Below, in pieces: positions 46,588 through 58,373 of a DNA stretch of 64,000 nt. The notes below the pieces were generated by a model. The model saw nothing but the letters and a program-made list of their open reading frames with translations, searched no databases and was not told the origin of the DNA. This DNA comes from Epithemia pelagica (taxonomy: Eukaryota; Protista; Bacillariophyta), in NCBI GenBank assembly GCA_946965045.2, contig OX337231.1, forward strand, positions 1,674,001-1,738,000, read 5' to 3'. Made by a program: the position numbers and the translations under genes. Each line of letters opens with the position of its first letter. Position 1 is the stretch's first letter.

Positions 46588-47759
46588 CTAAGAGATCAAC
46601 TTTCTGCAGGAGACACCGCTAGCGTGTGCTTTTGCGTCTTGCAAGAAGTGTTGCATCCCCATAGCGCGGTAAACTTTATGCTTTCGACCTCCTGACAAGA
46701 AATCACGCGTAATGTATTCATTTTGATTCTCCGCAACACCCACGACAGTGATGGTACGATTTTCAGTCCCCACAAACGTCCCCGCGTGCACGGGTTTCTT
46801 TCCGGGCATTGCTAGATCAACCCATGCTCCCACGTCTTTTCGGAATCTCCGATACGCTTCATGCAAAGCATGCGGACCCGTCGTGAAGGCTGCGTTTATC
46901 TTTTGGACATCATTATGTAGCAAAACATTCTCCAAGGCAATTTCAATGGCATAAGCCAATATTGGATGCCTGGGCGATGCAGCAATAAAAAACTGAGATA
47001 GCAAATGATACTGCTCCACCAGAAAGAAAGCGTCAGCATTCCCATTGTTCAAGATAACCTCTTTCGTTTTCTCGTTGGGTCGTGAATCGATATCTGCGTA
47101 CACGCCTCCGTACACCTAGATAGGACTACCATGTGAGATCACCAATGTTTCCATCCCTTGCGACATCTGTAGGGCCTTCGGAACTTGGCAACACTTACCC
47201 ACAATACAAGATATCTAAAAAGATCTGCTTTGAGGGTGCCATGGACAAAGCAACGGCTTGCGATTTTCCCCAGCAGTGGAAAATCGTTTGCATGTTCTTG
47301 AAAAAACTCATCAACGTTGGAATCGTCGTACAAATAGTATCCCCACCCATCTCCAAATTTCCATTCCTCAGCAGCTTCTGATAAAGTTGATACAACACAC
47401 TTGGATTTGCATGTTTGAAATACCTGTTTGGGAATACCGTTTGGTTTTTTGCCTGATAAACCCGACGATTGACGACGAGTTGGGACATTCTCGATAAACG
47501 AAAATCCTCGACTAGAGCACCTCTCGACCTCATCCTTAACCGAAACAGTAGCAACAGCCCCACGTGTGCTTTCAGATGTGCTCTGTGTCTTGAGCAACTG
47601 AACATACGGCAACCTTCCGGCATTATTATGGTGACTGTTTCTCTGGTTGGAACGGGCCATGTAAAATATACTGATCCAGCAACATAGAATTGGTATAATG
47701 ATGAGCAGTAAAAATCTCGCCAGAAATCGGCCACGACGGTATTTCGCTTTGTTCATCAT
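46588..47759 (-). CDS. Glycosyltransferase, GT32/sugar-binding DXD type, type II membrane; exons 47759-47199, 47115-46588
   Basis: N-terminal TM, IPKQVFQT, KADLFRYLVLW|VYGGVYADID (DXD), TGPHAL. Confidence 0.88.
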
Positions 47760-47912
47760 TGCGTAAATCGATCAGCGAACAAGGTCATCATTGTAGACTG
47801 TTGAGCGCTCCATGATCGCCGGTCCGGAATCGGAAAGGGTGTGGTTTTCGTCGTTGCTCATCTCCTACTTTGCTATGAATGCTACCTGGGGCTGCGGCAT
47901 CATCAGTCACGG

Positions 47913-49307
47913 ATGCAGTCGACGACCCGTGAACGAAAAGCGCCGATCGACCATGTCGTCGAAATGTGGAAACGGCATCAAACCTTGAGGGCATTGAGAA
48001 GGCTTCACCGATCAACTCGTTTACCTGTATCTGGGCCTGATGCTCCCACCTTAGAATTGGGAAATCAATCTTCGTCTTTCATGTCAAGCACCGAAGTGAA
48101 ACTTGTGTGGGAACGAACGACATGTCAAGAGGGGGCTGCTGCTGAAACATGTGATCATCGTTACAGAACAATCCATCTGATGCAGCAGCACCAAACTCCA
48201 TATAAAAATATGACTTTGAAGAAATTAGATGAGTCGGTAGTTGCTGTTCGTCAGGAGTCCGAAACGAGCAGGAGCAAGAGTGGTAGCGAAGTGGAAGGGG
48301 TCCCTGATTCTGTCTTGCAGTTTGAGCGTCAAAAACGCAAATTTGCGCACGATAAAGTCCTCGGTATCACCCCCAACTCTCTGGATGTTGTGTATCATGA
48401 TGACCATATCGTTGTCGTGAACAAACCATCAGGGGTACTGACCGTTCCTGGACTGAATGGACGTCCTTCCATTCTAGATTTAGTGTACGACAACTATGCG
48501 AAAATTGACGACGACGAACCGATGATGAAAGAGCACATGATCTGCCATCGTTTGGACATGGATACTTCGGGACTAGTCGTTTTTGGAAGAAGTCGATCGA
48601 TAACTCAAAAGATGCAAGCCCAATTCCGAGACCGCCAAGTTGAAAAGGAGTACAAAGCAGTTTTAATGGGGCATTGGCCATTGGAGCATTGCGACAAGGG
48701 CCGTATTGACCTACCCTTACAAAAAGATGTATCGCACCCTCCGTTTATGCGTGTGTCGACGCCAGAGTACCAGGCTGAAGCTCTGGAAGCGCTCGATCAT
48801 CTTCAACGAGCTGGCTGGATCAAACTTATTCGGAAAGCTCCGAAACCCAGCCAGACAGATTTTGCAATCGAGTCGATCGGGACGACTCCATCACACAAAC
48901 TTCCCTATACAAAGATTCGATTGGCACCTGAGACGGGACGCACACATCAACTTCGAGTCCACTGCGCCGCAGTTGGCTTCCCTATCGTTGGTGATTCCAC
49001 CTACTCCCTATATGGGGAAGCAGCTCACAACGGAGGTCTTTCCAAGGAAGATCGAATATTGCAGCTCGTTGGAGAACCCCATCATCTACAATATAGCGAA
49101 GCAGTGGGTCCTGAAGATGATAAGTTCATACCGGTGCCTCGCACGCCCTTGTCAATACAAAAAGAATGGACCATCGCATATCCACCCGATGTGAATCCAA
49201 TGTGCTTGCACGCGTACAAACTCTCGTTTTACCACCCAGTTCGTGGCGATGAAAAACTCAGTTTCGAGGAGGAGCCGACATTTGAGAGTTTCTTGGAAGA
49301 ACTTTAG
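47913..49307 (+). CDS. RluA-family pseudouridine synthase (start uncertain)
   Basis: VVVNKPSGVL, CHRLDMDTSGLVVFG (catalytic Asp), KEYKAV, PETGRTHQLRVH, PIVGDSTY, MCLHAYKLSF. Confidence 0.9.
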   Translation: MQSTTRERKAPIDHVVEMWKRHQTLRALRRLHRSTRLPVSGPDAPTLELGNQSSSFMSSTEVKLVWERTTCQEGAAAETCDHRYRTIHLMQQHQTPYKNMTLKKLDESVVAVRQESETSRSKSGSEVEGVPDSVLQFERQKRKFAHDKVLGITPNSLDVVYHDDHIVVVNKPSGVLTVPGLNGRPSILDLVYDNYAKIDDDEPMMKEHMICHRLDMDTSGLVVFGRSRSITQKMQAQFRDRQVEKEYKAVLMGHWPLEHCDKGRIDLPLQKDVSHPPFMRVSTPEYQAEALEALDHLQRAGWIKLIRKAPKPSQTDFAIESIGTTPSHKLPYTKIRLAPETGRTHQLRVHCAAVGFPIVGDSTYSLYGEAAHNGGLSKEDRILQLVGEPHHLQYSEAVGPEDDKFIPVPRTPLSIQKEWTIAYPPDVNPMCLHAYKLSFYHPVRGDEKLSFEEEPTFESFLEEL

Positions 49308-49586
49308 TTCTTTTGTACGGGACCACCTCCGCCGTGGTCGAAATACGGTGCATCAAGATTTGCGATTACACGATGCCCGTTTCGGGTTCTGGTGGTCCTT
49401 CACGACTCTCATCTCAATAGTTCTTGTTGCACTGTACAGGAATAGATATAACTCGGGGACGTAGATAACTTCAATTCGCGACCGGAGCCACGAACGAATA
49501 ACGAAAGCACGATGAAGAGAAGTGAAGAACCAGGAATCTCGAAGCTGTGCAAAAACATGGCAAGTCAAGCTTGAAAAGCAAGGCCT

Positions 49587-50012
49587 TTGCCTCACTGGGC
49601 AAGGTTCGAGGAAAACCACGCGGAACAAGAGCAGAGCACAAGCTTTGGTGAGTCGCTCAAAGACAAGGAAAATTGCTCTCGTCCACCGCAGTGGGACGCA
49701 GAGGATGAAGACTTTTGGAGAGAGACCTTGGAGCCAATCGAATTTCGTGTCCTGCGCGAACACAAGTGGGATGCCAGGGCATCATCTCTTTATTCTAAGT
49801 TATTTCCCGAAAGTGGCTACTTTGCATGCCGTGCTTGCGGACAACCGATCTACAATGCTCTGCATAATCCAAGCCTGAACAGCTCTGGCTGTTGCATCGG
49901 GAGTAATGATCGAGCCGTGATGGTTCAAGATACAGAACACCAGTCATCACAGAAACGTGCGGATACACAGTGCGTTCAGTACATGTCGAGTCTCGGCCAT
50001 GTAAATACATAA
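49587..50012 (+). pseudogene. Decayed canonical MsrB-like gene
   Basis: FWRETLEPIEFRVLRE...YFACRACGQPIY...TQC...SLGHV follows the MsrB pattern. GWPSF and the RYCIN C-terminus are absent, and there is no clean ATG. Confidence 0.6.
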
Positions 50013-50699
50013 AACTTTCCAACAAGTCACGATTGTAAAGTGTTTTTTTCCACAAGCGACATGCTGTGAAAATGGACTACCCATGTCCTACGTACGTGAC
50101 AAGCCAGATGATGATCTTTGCGTCAGAAATGCAATTTTGCCACATCCATTGTCCTTGTTGGAAAACAAACCAGTAGCAATCTTTGAGTAATAGAAGATGG
50201 CAGTACATGTCCATTGAATGAAAGTTGACTACGGTAGAAATAAGTCCATTGATGATGAAAGTTGACTTGAAAATAGTAAACTCCTCCTCCTAGAGAGCTA
50301 TTCGTCTGAGTTCAGTATGAACGGGATGGGTAGGACGTTAGTCTTGGGGTGTGGGGTGGGAAAATCCAGAATGACCAGCTGTACCAAAATCGGAAGAACT
50401 ATCAAATAAGAAGTACAAATGGTTAAAAATGAGCGTTGCTCAAACGGTTAAGTATATAGACCTTGTATTCAGTGATTAATATTTTAATGTTGAGTCATGG
50501 TATGATCTGCACCTGCGCCTCCAACCGCGTAACATGTGAGTATGGGCTCACCCTTCACGCTTCATTTATATCAGTGTAACCTTCCCAACCATCATCATAT
50601 GACTCGAACGAGCCTTTTCTACTGGAGTGCTCGTATGAGAAGTTTGGAATGACGTTATGAATTATGAAGTTTTTTGTTCGGGTTGTCGTCCCAGCTGCG

Positions 50700-51790
50700 G
50701 TTATGTATGATCATGGTGCAAACCGGTTTACTTGATCATACGGTCGTCGTTTTGGGCGGATGTCAACAAAACAAACAATTGTGCCACCAAATCCGTTCTT
50801 GTATTGAATTTAACAGAACGAAACAAGCAGTGGCGACAAGGGCCGGCCATCCATGAACAAGAGACGTTCTGGACATGCCGCTGTTGTCTGCAACGGAGGC
50901 ATATACGTGATGGGAGGATACAATGGAAACACTTTTATCGGACGGATTGATGCCAACGATTTGCTGCAATCGTCTTTAGCAACAAGCAACGCACACGAGA
51001 GCCATTGGACGACATTAAATTGTCGCTTATCAACGGAACGAACAGGATGTTGTGCTGTTGCAGTTCACAATCGATATATCGTGGTAATGGGCGAACACAA
51101 CTGTGGGACAGTCTTAAAGTCGGTGGATATCATTGATACCAGCAACCAAACTCTCATTGTGGGGCCAAATATGAACGTTCCACGAGTATTATGTGCCAGT
51201 GCGGTCGTTGGCCACCGTATCTTTGTCGTTGGAGGCTCGACAGTAGAGTATTTGGACTTTGGAACGCCTAGTGTCAATGGGGACAGTCTAAAAGTCGGTG
51301 GATATCATTGATACCAGCAACCAAACTCTCATTGTGGGGCCAAATATGAACGTTCCACGAGTATTATGTGCCAGTGCGGTCGTTGGCCACCGTATCTTTG
51401 TCGTTGGAGGCTCGACAGTAGAGTATTTGGACTTTGGAACGCCTAGTGTCAATGAGGAGAGAAACGACACTCTGCCTCCATTCATTTCATCCTTTTCGGG
51501 CTGGACAACTCATTCCCGATCTGGAACTTTCCGACCCCCGACTGTCTTGTGCAATGGTTAACATGGGATCCTGTCTGGTGGTGGCGGGAGGAAGTCATCA
51601 AACCGTGGAAGTCTTGGACACGAAGCGCAACCGCATCTGGAATCTCCCACCATTCGAATATGGCCGTAAAGACTGCACTATGGTGACTGCTGCCAATCAA
51701 GTTGCCGTGATTGGTGGAGTTGTCAATCCATCCTGTGCGACATTTGGAATCGTGGACAAGAATACATTGGACGAGACACCGCAATGATTG
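50700..51790 (+). pseudogene. Kelch-repeat gene copy 1 (frameshifted; 175-bp internal tandem duplication)
   Basis: RSGHAAVVCNGGIYVMGGY, RTGCCAVAVHNRYIVVMG and CASAVVGHRIFVVGG are spread over several frames. Confidence 0.8.
51105..51454. repeat. 175-bp tandem duplication (51105-51279 / 51280-51454)
   Basis: Near-identical units starting gggacagtct(t/a)aaagtcgg. One mismatch seen; length is not a multiple of 3. Confidence 0.9.
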
Positions 51791-52699
51791 TCGTCCTTCT
51801 CGCCATGATACAGTCCTACTCAATCATCCCGATACTTTAAAAGGACGACACGAACAACAACAACAGGCAACAAGCGACAAACCGTCGTCGTGTTGTTACC
51901 GATTGCATGCACCGTATGAGCAAGCCATGTCGTGACACGGTAGCAGGAGGGCCCTGGTCCTTTGTATTGCTGGGGTTCTACAAACTACAAATAAAGTCGC
52001 AGGGAGGCACACCACGACACTAATAGGACGACCCATGACGAAAATTGCAGGATGACGAGGAATCGGAGGAAATGGAAAACACAAATGCCCCGACCAGAAG
52101 TACCAGACAGCACAGTCATTCAGGACACTGAGGCATTACACCAACGATCAGCAATAACAACAGGTCGAATCACCCTGGACCACGAACTACGGCCGACATG
52201 CCATTCACGGCCTGTGCAGTGTCGTTGCATTTTCGTTGGGAACCAACAACCAGACAGACTGTGGAGGCTTTTCATTGCATAATTGTTGGAACACGACACT
52301 ACAGTGTACTTTATCGCCTATGGCAAGTGGCATCCTGCCATTCTGGTTCTGCGAGTCGTGTGAGGATACCACAGTGGTTGTTTGCATCACCGTGAGAATC
52401 TTATCTCGATATCCAGTCACTCCCACGGTATTTGGAATGAATAAATTTGTGGACTCGCGACGAAAGCTACCCATTGCTCGTGTTTCGGTCCATCCATTTC
52501 GTCAAGTCAGTCGTGATTCCAGTCCTCAGCAGCAAACCCAAGAACCTCAAACAAGTCAGTGTCTCGATCCTCATAAATTCTGCAGTCAACGTATGGAACG
52601 GTGAGCATGACATCACTGCAAGAACAAGCATGGCAGTCGGGCCTTGTCCTGCTGGACAAGACACCAAGATGGAATGAGGATGACTGGCTTCCCCTATTC

Positions 52700-53860
52700 T
52701 AGATGGATGGCGAGAGCGTCATGCTACGGTCGTACTGGATCATACGGTCGTCGTGATGGGAGGCCTGAAACAAGAAGGTGCCACCAATTCCGCTCTTGTA
52801 CTGAATTTGGCAGAACCAGAAAAACAGTGGCAAGAAGGACCGCCTATGGACCAGAAACGTTATAGACATGCTGCTGTTGTGTGCAACGGAGCCGTGTACG
52901 TGCTGGGGGGATTCAGTGGATTTTCAAATCTCGATTGCATGGAACGAATTGATTCCAATGATTTGCTTCAACCATCTACGACATCGAGTAATTCAAAAAA
53001 GAATCATTGGACGAAATTGAAATGCCGATTATCAACGGGACGATATGGCTGTTGTGCTGTTGCGATGAAGAATCGATACATTGCTGTAATGGGTGGACGG
53101 GATGGAGGGCAAAACTTGTCGTCGGTGGATATTCTTAATACGAGCAACCAAACTGTCATTGCGGGGCCAAATATGAACGTTCCACGACTATGGTGTGCCA
53201 GTGCGGTCGTTGGCCACCGCATCTTTGTCGTTGGAGGCTCCACAACAAACACTTCGGTAGAGTATTTGGACTTTGGAAAGCCTAGTGACAATAAAGAGAG
53301 AAACTTCACTCTGTCTACATTCATTTCCTCCTTGTCTGGCTGGACGACTCACTCTGATCTGGTAGTTTCCGCCTCGCGACAGACTTGTGCAGTGGTTACC
53401 GTGGGATCCTGTCTTGTGGTCAGGTGATGAAAAACAATCGAACTGTGGAAATATAGGATACGCATCACAACCGAATGTGGAATCTCCCACCATTCGAAGA
53501 TGGTCTTGATAACTACAGTGTGGTGGCTGTTGCCAATTAAGTTGCCGTGATTGGTGGATGGAATAATCCATCCTGTGCGACATTACGACTCATGGACAAG
53601 AATACGTGGTGTTTTCGTCAGCTCTGTGAGCAGGAGCCGTACGGATGGTTTCATTCTCTGGAAAGATCGGGCAATGGAGATGTCGACTCTTGAACGAATG
53701 TTGACCAATACATGATTGTCATTGTGATAAAGCGCAGGATGGCAGTCGAAATGTACAACTGGTTACACCGCCAAGGGCCCGGAAACTACATCACGGCCAT
53801 TATATACGCTCGTACAAAACGGACATTGTATCCATCTTTAGCTACACACTGTAAATCATG
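52700..53860 (+). pseudogene. Kelch-repeat gene copy 2 (paralogue of copy 1, frameshifted after 53425)
   Basis: ORF 52753-53427 has RYRHAAVVCNGAVYVLGG and RYGCCAVAMKNRYIAVMGG. Homology continues out of frame to WCFRQLCEQEP. Confidence 0.78.
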
Positions 53861-54420
53861 GAACTGAATGAAAAGCGTTTAATCGCTATACCTATACACG
53901 AGTGGCTTGCATTGTCGAAAAATCATTCCAGTAGATGAGATGTGCAACTCCAAGGTGTCTATGAATGGTAGGAGAGTATGACGTAGGTCGTTGATGCTGC
54001 TCGGAGATGGTCTGCAGTGAGAGATTCTACCGGCTCCGTTGCAACTGGAGACGACACCATGAGAAACTTTTGTTGGTTGGTGCACCCTAATGATTCCCCC
54101 ATTTCGTGCACGGTTGGACTTTGGTATTTCTTGCTACAACTATAGAACATCCTCAATTGGATGAAACCGATGGTGTCATTGCCGTGGAACCGACCGTGTT
54201 GAATTCCGTCTTGGTAAAATTGGACTTTGTGGGCTTTCCCGTGGCATTGACAACAAGTCAGGACACGTCCACCGTCCACCACTACGACATCGTCGTGTCG
54301 CAGCATTGCTCGTTCCATTGCCCATGCCTGAAAACAAATTACCTCTAGATGACAGACACGTTTGATTTGACATAAACTATACTACTACTCCTACCTGTCT
54401 TGTATACTTACTACTCCTAG

Positions 54421-54667
54421 TGCCTTACCTCCGGGTGTGCCCATTACGTGCGAAAATGTCCCGTTGGGCACAACATTTTAGGTAGATAGAACTCGATCAA
54501 TATTAGCCCTACGACAATGATCTGATGCATCTTACCAATCTTTAAGGCATCCTCTGTCACCATTTGATGCCCCATTTGGCCTACATAGGACATATGGGGG
54601 TCATAGGAGCGCCTCTACTAGAAGCTTGTGGTGTGTGCAACGTGTGTGGGCACATTATGGGCACATT
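54421..54667 (+). repeat. Left TIR/subterminal region with GGGCACA repeats
   Basis: Shared blocks with the right end: gtgtgcccattac, aaaatg, ccgttgggcaca, tagatagaac, gatcaatattag, catcctctgtcaccatt, gtcataggagc. Confidence 0.85.
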
Positions 54668-54709
54668 ATAGAAACTCATGTAAAGCTCGGCTTTTAGACT
54701 TACTACGTC

Positions 54710-55324
54710 CTAGTATTCGAACTTGTAGGCAACACTTGGCTCCTGAGTCTCAGAGAACTCAAAGGACAGGTTGCTATCGACACCAATTGACGAATTGCGC
54801 TTTCCAAATTTGCTGGACAAGTTTTCATTGGATGAATCATTTTCATTATTGTCGTCATCAAAGTTGCTTGGCATTTCCACGGACTTCCTTACAGTATCGG
54901 AACATTGCTGATTGTTGCATGATGTCTCAATGTTCTTGAAGCGCATCGTCATCATCAAGTCAAAGCAAGGGGGGGACGGAGATGAGGACAACTTCTTCTC
55001 GGGTGCTGGATACAAAACAGCAACATGATTCTTTTTGGGGACAATCTCGGCATGCACCGTCTTGGCTTCCATATCCTTGAAATCTGAAACGTCCATCGCC
55101 ACCTTCTCCTTTGCCTTCATGTTCTTTTTCTTGGTTGCCACTGCCTTCTTAGTTTTCGTCGTCTTTTTGCGATGCGACAACCGGTACGCGGGTTGGTTGG
55201 AAACGGAAACAGAAGGAGCAAGAATGGAGCCTGTGCACTGCGAAGCTGCATCAGCTCCTGAGGCTGCTTTGATGCGCGCTTGATAGCGCAAACTTGTACG
55301 ACGGCCGTTGATAGTTGTCGACAT
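54710..55324 (-). CDS. Transposon-internal ORF-A, 204 aa, Lys-rich, unknown function
   Basis: Open ORF with CCACCATG start context; no recognisable domain. Confidence 0.55.
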   Translation of the reverse strand: MSTTINGRRTSLRYQARIKAASGADAASQCTGSILAPSVSVSNQPAYRLSHRKKTTKTKKAVATKKKNMKAKEKVAMDVSDFKDMEAKTVHAEIVPKKNHVAVLYPAPEKKLSSSPSPPCFDLMMTMRFKNIETSCNNQQCSDTVRKSVEMPSNFDDDNNENDSSNENLSSKFGKRNSSIGVDSNLSFEFSETQEPSVAYKFEY

Positions 55325-55709
55325 GGTGGTATTCTCTTTCGCGGTGGTGTAACAGGAGATCCACGGAAAATATGAGGCAGATGTGGGTCGTGTCGGTTGG
55401 AATAGGTTCCGAACGGACCAAATGTCACGCCAGCCAACAAATTTTCCTTAATTAAGAAGTGTGCCATGAGGCGCGATGCCCGCACTCACAAATCTCAAAA
55501 CGAACACACATACTAGAACTAAAGCAAACAAGAACAACAAGTTCTGGAGTAGTGCTGCACCCATCGACCGCCCCACGTCCCGTCGTGGGTGCCGTACAGG
55601 CCAAGAGGACCTTGGCCCATCCTGGCCACAAACCTTTGGGTGTGGCCGCGGACGAATAGTAACTGGTTCCCACCAAGGTGGATTCTTCTTCTTCGCCTTC
55701 ATTGCGAAT

Positions 55710-55997
55710 GATGGCGGTGGTACGGCCAACAATCTCATAATGCAATTTCAAGCCGACATGCTCAATATTTCCGTGGTCAAACCCAAAATCAAGGAAACCA
55801 CGTCGCTTGGTGTCGCCTTTTGTGCCGGATTGGCCACGCGAGTTTGGGACAGTGTCGATGAAATAAAAACCTTGTGGGCCGTGTCCCAAAGCTACCTGCC
55901 CCGCATGACGGAGACGGAACGACACCGCAATTGGAGTGGATGGAACAAAGCGGTTTTGAAAAGTCTGGGGTGGATCGATCACGAAGACGAGGAGGAA
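55710..55997 (+). pseudogene. Captured C-terminal fragment of glycerol kinase (FGGY_C) inside the transposon
   Basis: DGGGTANNLIMQFQADMLNISVVKPKIKETTSLGVAFCAGLA..VW...W...Y.P.M.E.ER...W.GW.KAV..SLGW is the GlpK C-terminus. No N-terminal domain precedes it. Confidence 0.88.
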
Positions 55998-56730
55998 CAA
56001 ACCGACAAGAGACTACGACTACCGCCCGAGTGGAGCAATTCACCCGTGGCAATCGGAACCGGTTCCTCCAGAACTGGTTTGGTGCTGGCTGGCTTTTTGG
56101 AGTCGTCGATGTGGTTGCTGCTCATGACCGAATGACTCTTGCCATTCTTGGTTGCCGGAATCGCCTTGTTCTTGATGGGTTTCTGTGGCACTTCTTGCCG
56201 CAGACAAGACGGCTGTGGTGTCATCAAACGACTCTTGTCGTTGATGTTGTCGTGGTCGTTGTTGCGGCTGTGGTGCTTCTTGGTGACTTGGACGTCGTTG
56301 TGTCGGTTGTGGTGCTTGTTGTTGTGGTTGTGGTGCCTTGTTGGAGGAGGAGACAAGCGCCAATTCGGCAGCCAATATCATTTGCTTGGTATCCTGATTT
56401 TCTTGAAAATATTTTTGCGCCAACACATCGAGAATTTTTCAAAGAGTATATTGCGTTCGTCTTCATTCATGCCCGTGTGGTGGAATAGGACGGAACTTGC
56501 TGGACGACCCCTTGATCGTTTGACTTGGCGACACTCTTGGTATTACTTTGGTGGGCCACCTTTTTGCCTATGTCAATTTCAATATGACAATCAAGAAATT
56601 GACTATGTAGATATACTTGTAGTTCGAACTGTATGGATGTAACTTCAAATAGAACTATGTATTGGTCTTACCTAATCATGTATTGTGTATTTTCATTTTC
56701 ATACTAAATCATAGAGCAATCGTCGTGAAA

Positions 56731-57291
56731 TCAAGCTGTGTTCTGTTGTTGCATTCGGAATCTGTGCTCTTCAACACAGGTGCGGTTCATCCCAGGACGA
56801 ATCCTGTTACCGTTGCATAGTCCAATACCTTTGATGGTCTTGATGATCTCGTCCGTTCCCGGTACCTTGCGGGTCTTCGTTTTAGCAAGACAAACAGGAT
56901 GTGCGCAAATTGCTCTCGTCTTCATAAAACAGATGACGCATCGACTTGTGCTTGGTTGTTCGTTGCCATCCGCATCCTGGACTTGTTTGGGATTTGGCAT
57001 GGGCCTGTGAGACAAGTGAGACAAGAATCCAGCTGGTGGATCTCCAGAGTGGCAAAGAAGACACGACACAGTACCATCATCCTGAACTGTCAATGACTCT
57101 GCTGGGGAAACACTGGGGAGCGAATCAACAACTGAAATCAGAAGGCATCTGCTCGAGCCAGCACCAGCAGTTGAGGCCCCGAACTGAGCCATAACAGCCT
57201 CCTCCGGCATCTTCTTCGCGTATCGCATGGCCTGTTCTGTAGGCGACTCAGCGTCGACGACATTGGAAGCAATATTGGGGCTTGTCGACAT
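56731..57291 (-). CDS. ORF-B: stand-alone copy of the transposase C-terminal Cys-rich domain, 186 aa
   Basis: Paralogous to the last ~200 aa of the transposase (RCVIC.MKTRA.C.HP.CLAK...GLC...TCVEEHRF). It starts from a duplicated ORF-A ATG context. Confidence 0.8.
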   Translation of the reverse strand: MSTSPNIASNVVDAESPTEQAMRYAKKMPEEAVMAQFGASTAGAGSSRCLLISVVDSLPSVSPAESLTVQDDGTVSCLLCHSGDPPAGFLSHLSHRPMPNPKQVQDADGNEQPSTSRCVICFMKTRAICAHPVCLAKTKTRKVPGTDEIIKTIKGIGLCNGNRIRPGMNRTCVEEHRFRMQQQNTA

Positions 57292-57673
57292 GGTGGTCTT
57301 CTTCTCTTTTGTGGTGTTGTTGTTCCTGTAACAGGAGATCCACGGAAAATATGAGGCCGATGTGTGTCGTGTCGGTTGGAATAGGTTCCGAACGGACCAA
57401 ATGTCACGCCAGCCAACAAATTTTCCTTAATTAAGAAGTGCGCCATGAGGCGCGAAAAACTCGTCCATGCCCGCACTCACAAATCTCAAAATGAACACAC
57501 ATACTAGAACTAAAGCAAACAAGAACAACAAGTTCTGGAGTAGTGCTGCACCGATCGACAGACACAGTAGTTCTTTGGTGGAAAGACGGCACGACGGCAA
57601 GTAAGTAAACAATGCTGTTAGAACTGTCTCCCCAACAAGCACTCACACTTGTTGCATCACTTTGTCCAGAAAG

Positions 57674-58249
57674 ATGAATTCAACGAAAGGAAGCAAGAGG
57701 TTTGAGACGATGAAACTCGTCAATGGGTTCACAGTGGTTTGTGATGGTGGTCAGTCGCTTGAAACAAAGGGGGAAACAGTGACAGTGTTTGGAGAAGCGG
57801 GGGTGAATGTGTACCTGAAGAGTGCCGGAGAATGTTCTGCTGATGGTCGGTTGATTGTTGATCGTGGTGTGTTGCTGTTGCAGCGAACTTATTTGTCTCG
57901 AGTCAACACGAATGCAGTCTCAATTCGCTTCTTTGACCGCACCAAAAAGGATGATTCTGTCCCAGAGCTCGTCATCCCACTGCAATATATCAACAATCAA
58001 CTTGATACGACGATTCTTCAGTCAAGTAGTGGCAAAGTTGTCAAGAGCAAGATCGTGATTGCTACGACACACTCACTTAACACCGTGATGACAATGGAGC
58101 CCATGGTTGTCACGGTTAAGATGAGTGTCGTTGGAGCTACGACGTTTCTGAAACTTCTCAACGAGAAGCTAGTATGCAAATCTGTTGAGGGAAAAGACGA
58201 TGACAAGACTGCCAATATTGCGATCAAGAAACTGACTACTCCTATGTAG
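57674..58249 (+). CDS. Transposon-internal ORF-C, ~191 aa, beta-rich, unknown function; convergent with the transposase
   Basis: Uninterrupted ORF with globular-looking V/I/T-rich composition; stop 124 bp from the transposase stop. Confidence 0.65.
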   Translation: MNSTKGSKRFETMKLVNGFTVVCDGGQSLETKGETVTVFGEAGVNVYLKSAGECSADGRLIVDRGVLLLQRTYLSRVNTNAVSIRFFDRTKKDDSVPELVIPLQYINNQLDTTILQSSSGKVVKSKIVIATTHSLNTVMTMEPMVVTVKMSVVGATTFLKLLNEKLVCKSVEGKDDDKTANIAIKKLTTPM

Positions 58250-58373
58250 GATATACGTGCACTAGTTCGAACTGTATGGATGTAACTTCAAATAGAACTA
58301 TGTATTGGTCTTACCTAATCATGTATTGTGTATTTTCATTTTCATACTAAATCATAGAGCAATCGTCGTGAAA

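Noticed and set aside
53879-54373. Minus-strand ORF with a faint MORN-like phrase (FYQDGIQHGRFHG)
   Set aside because: Single weak motif in a decayed region; not enough to call.
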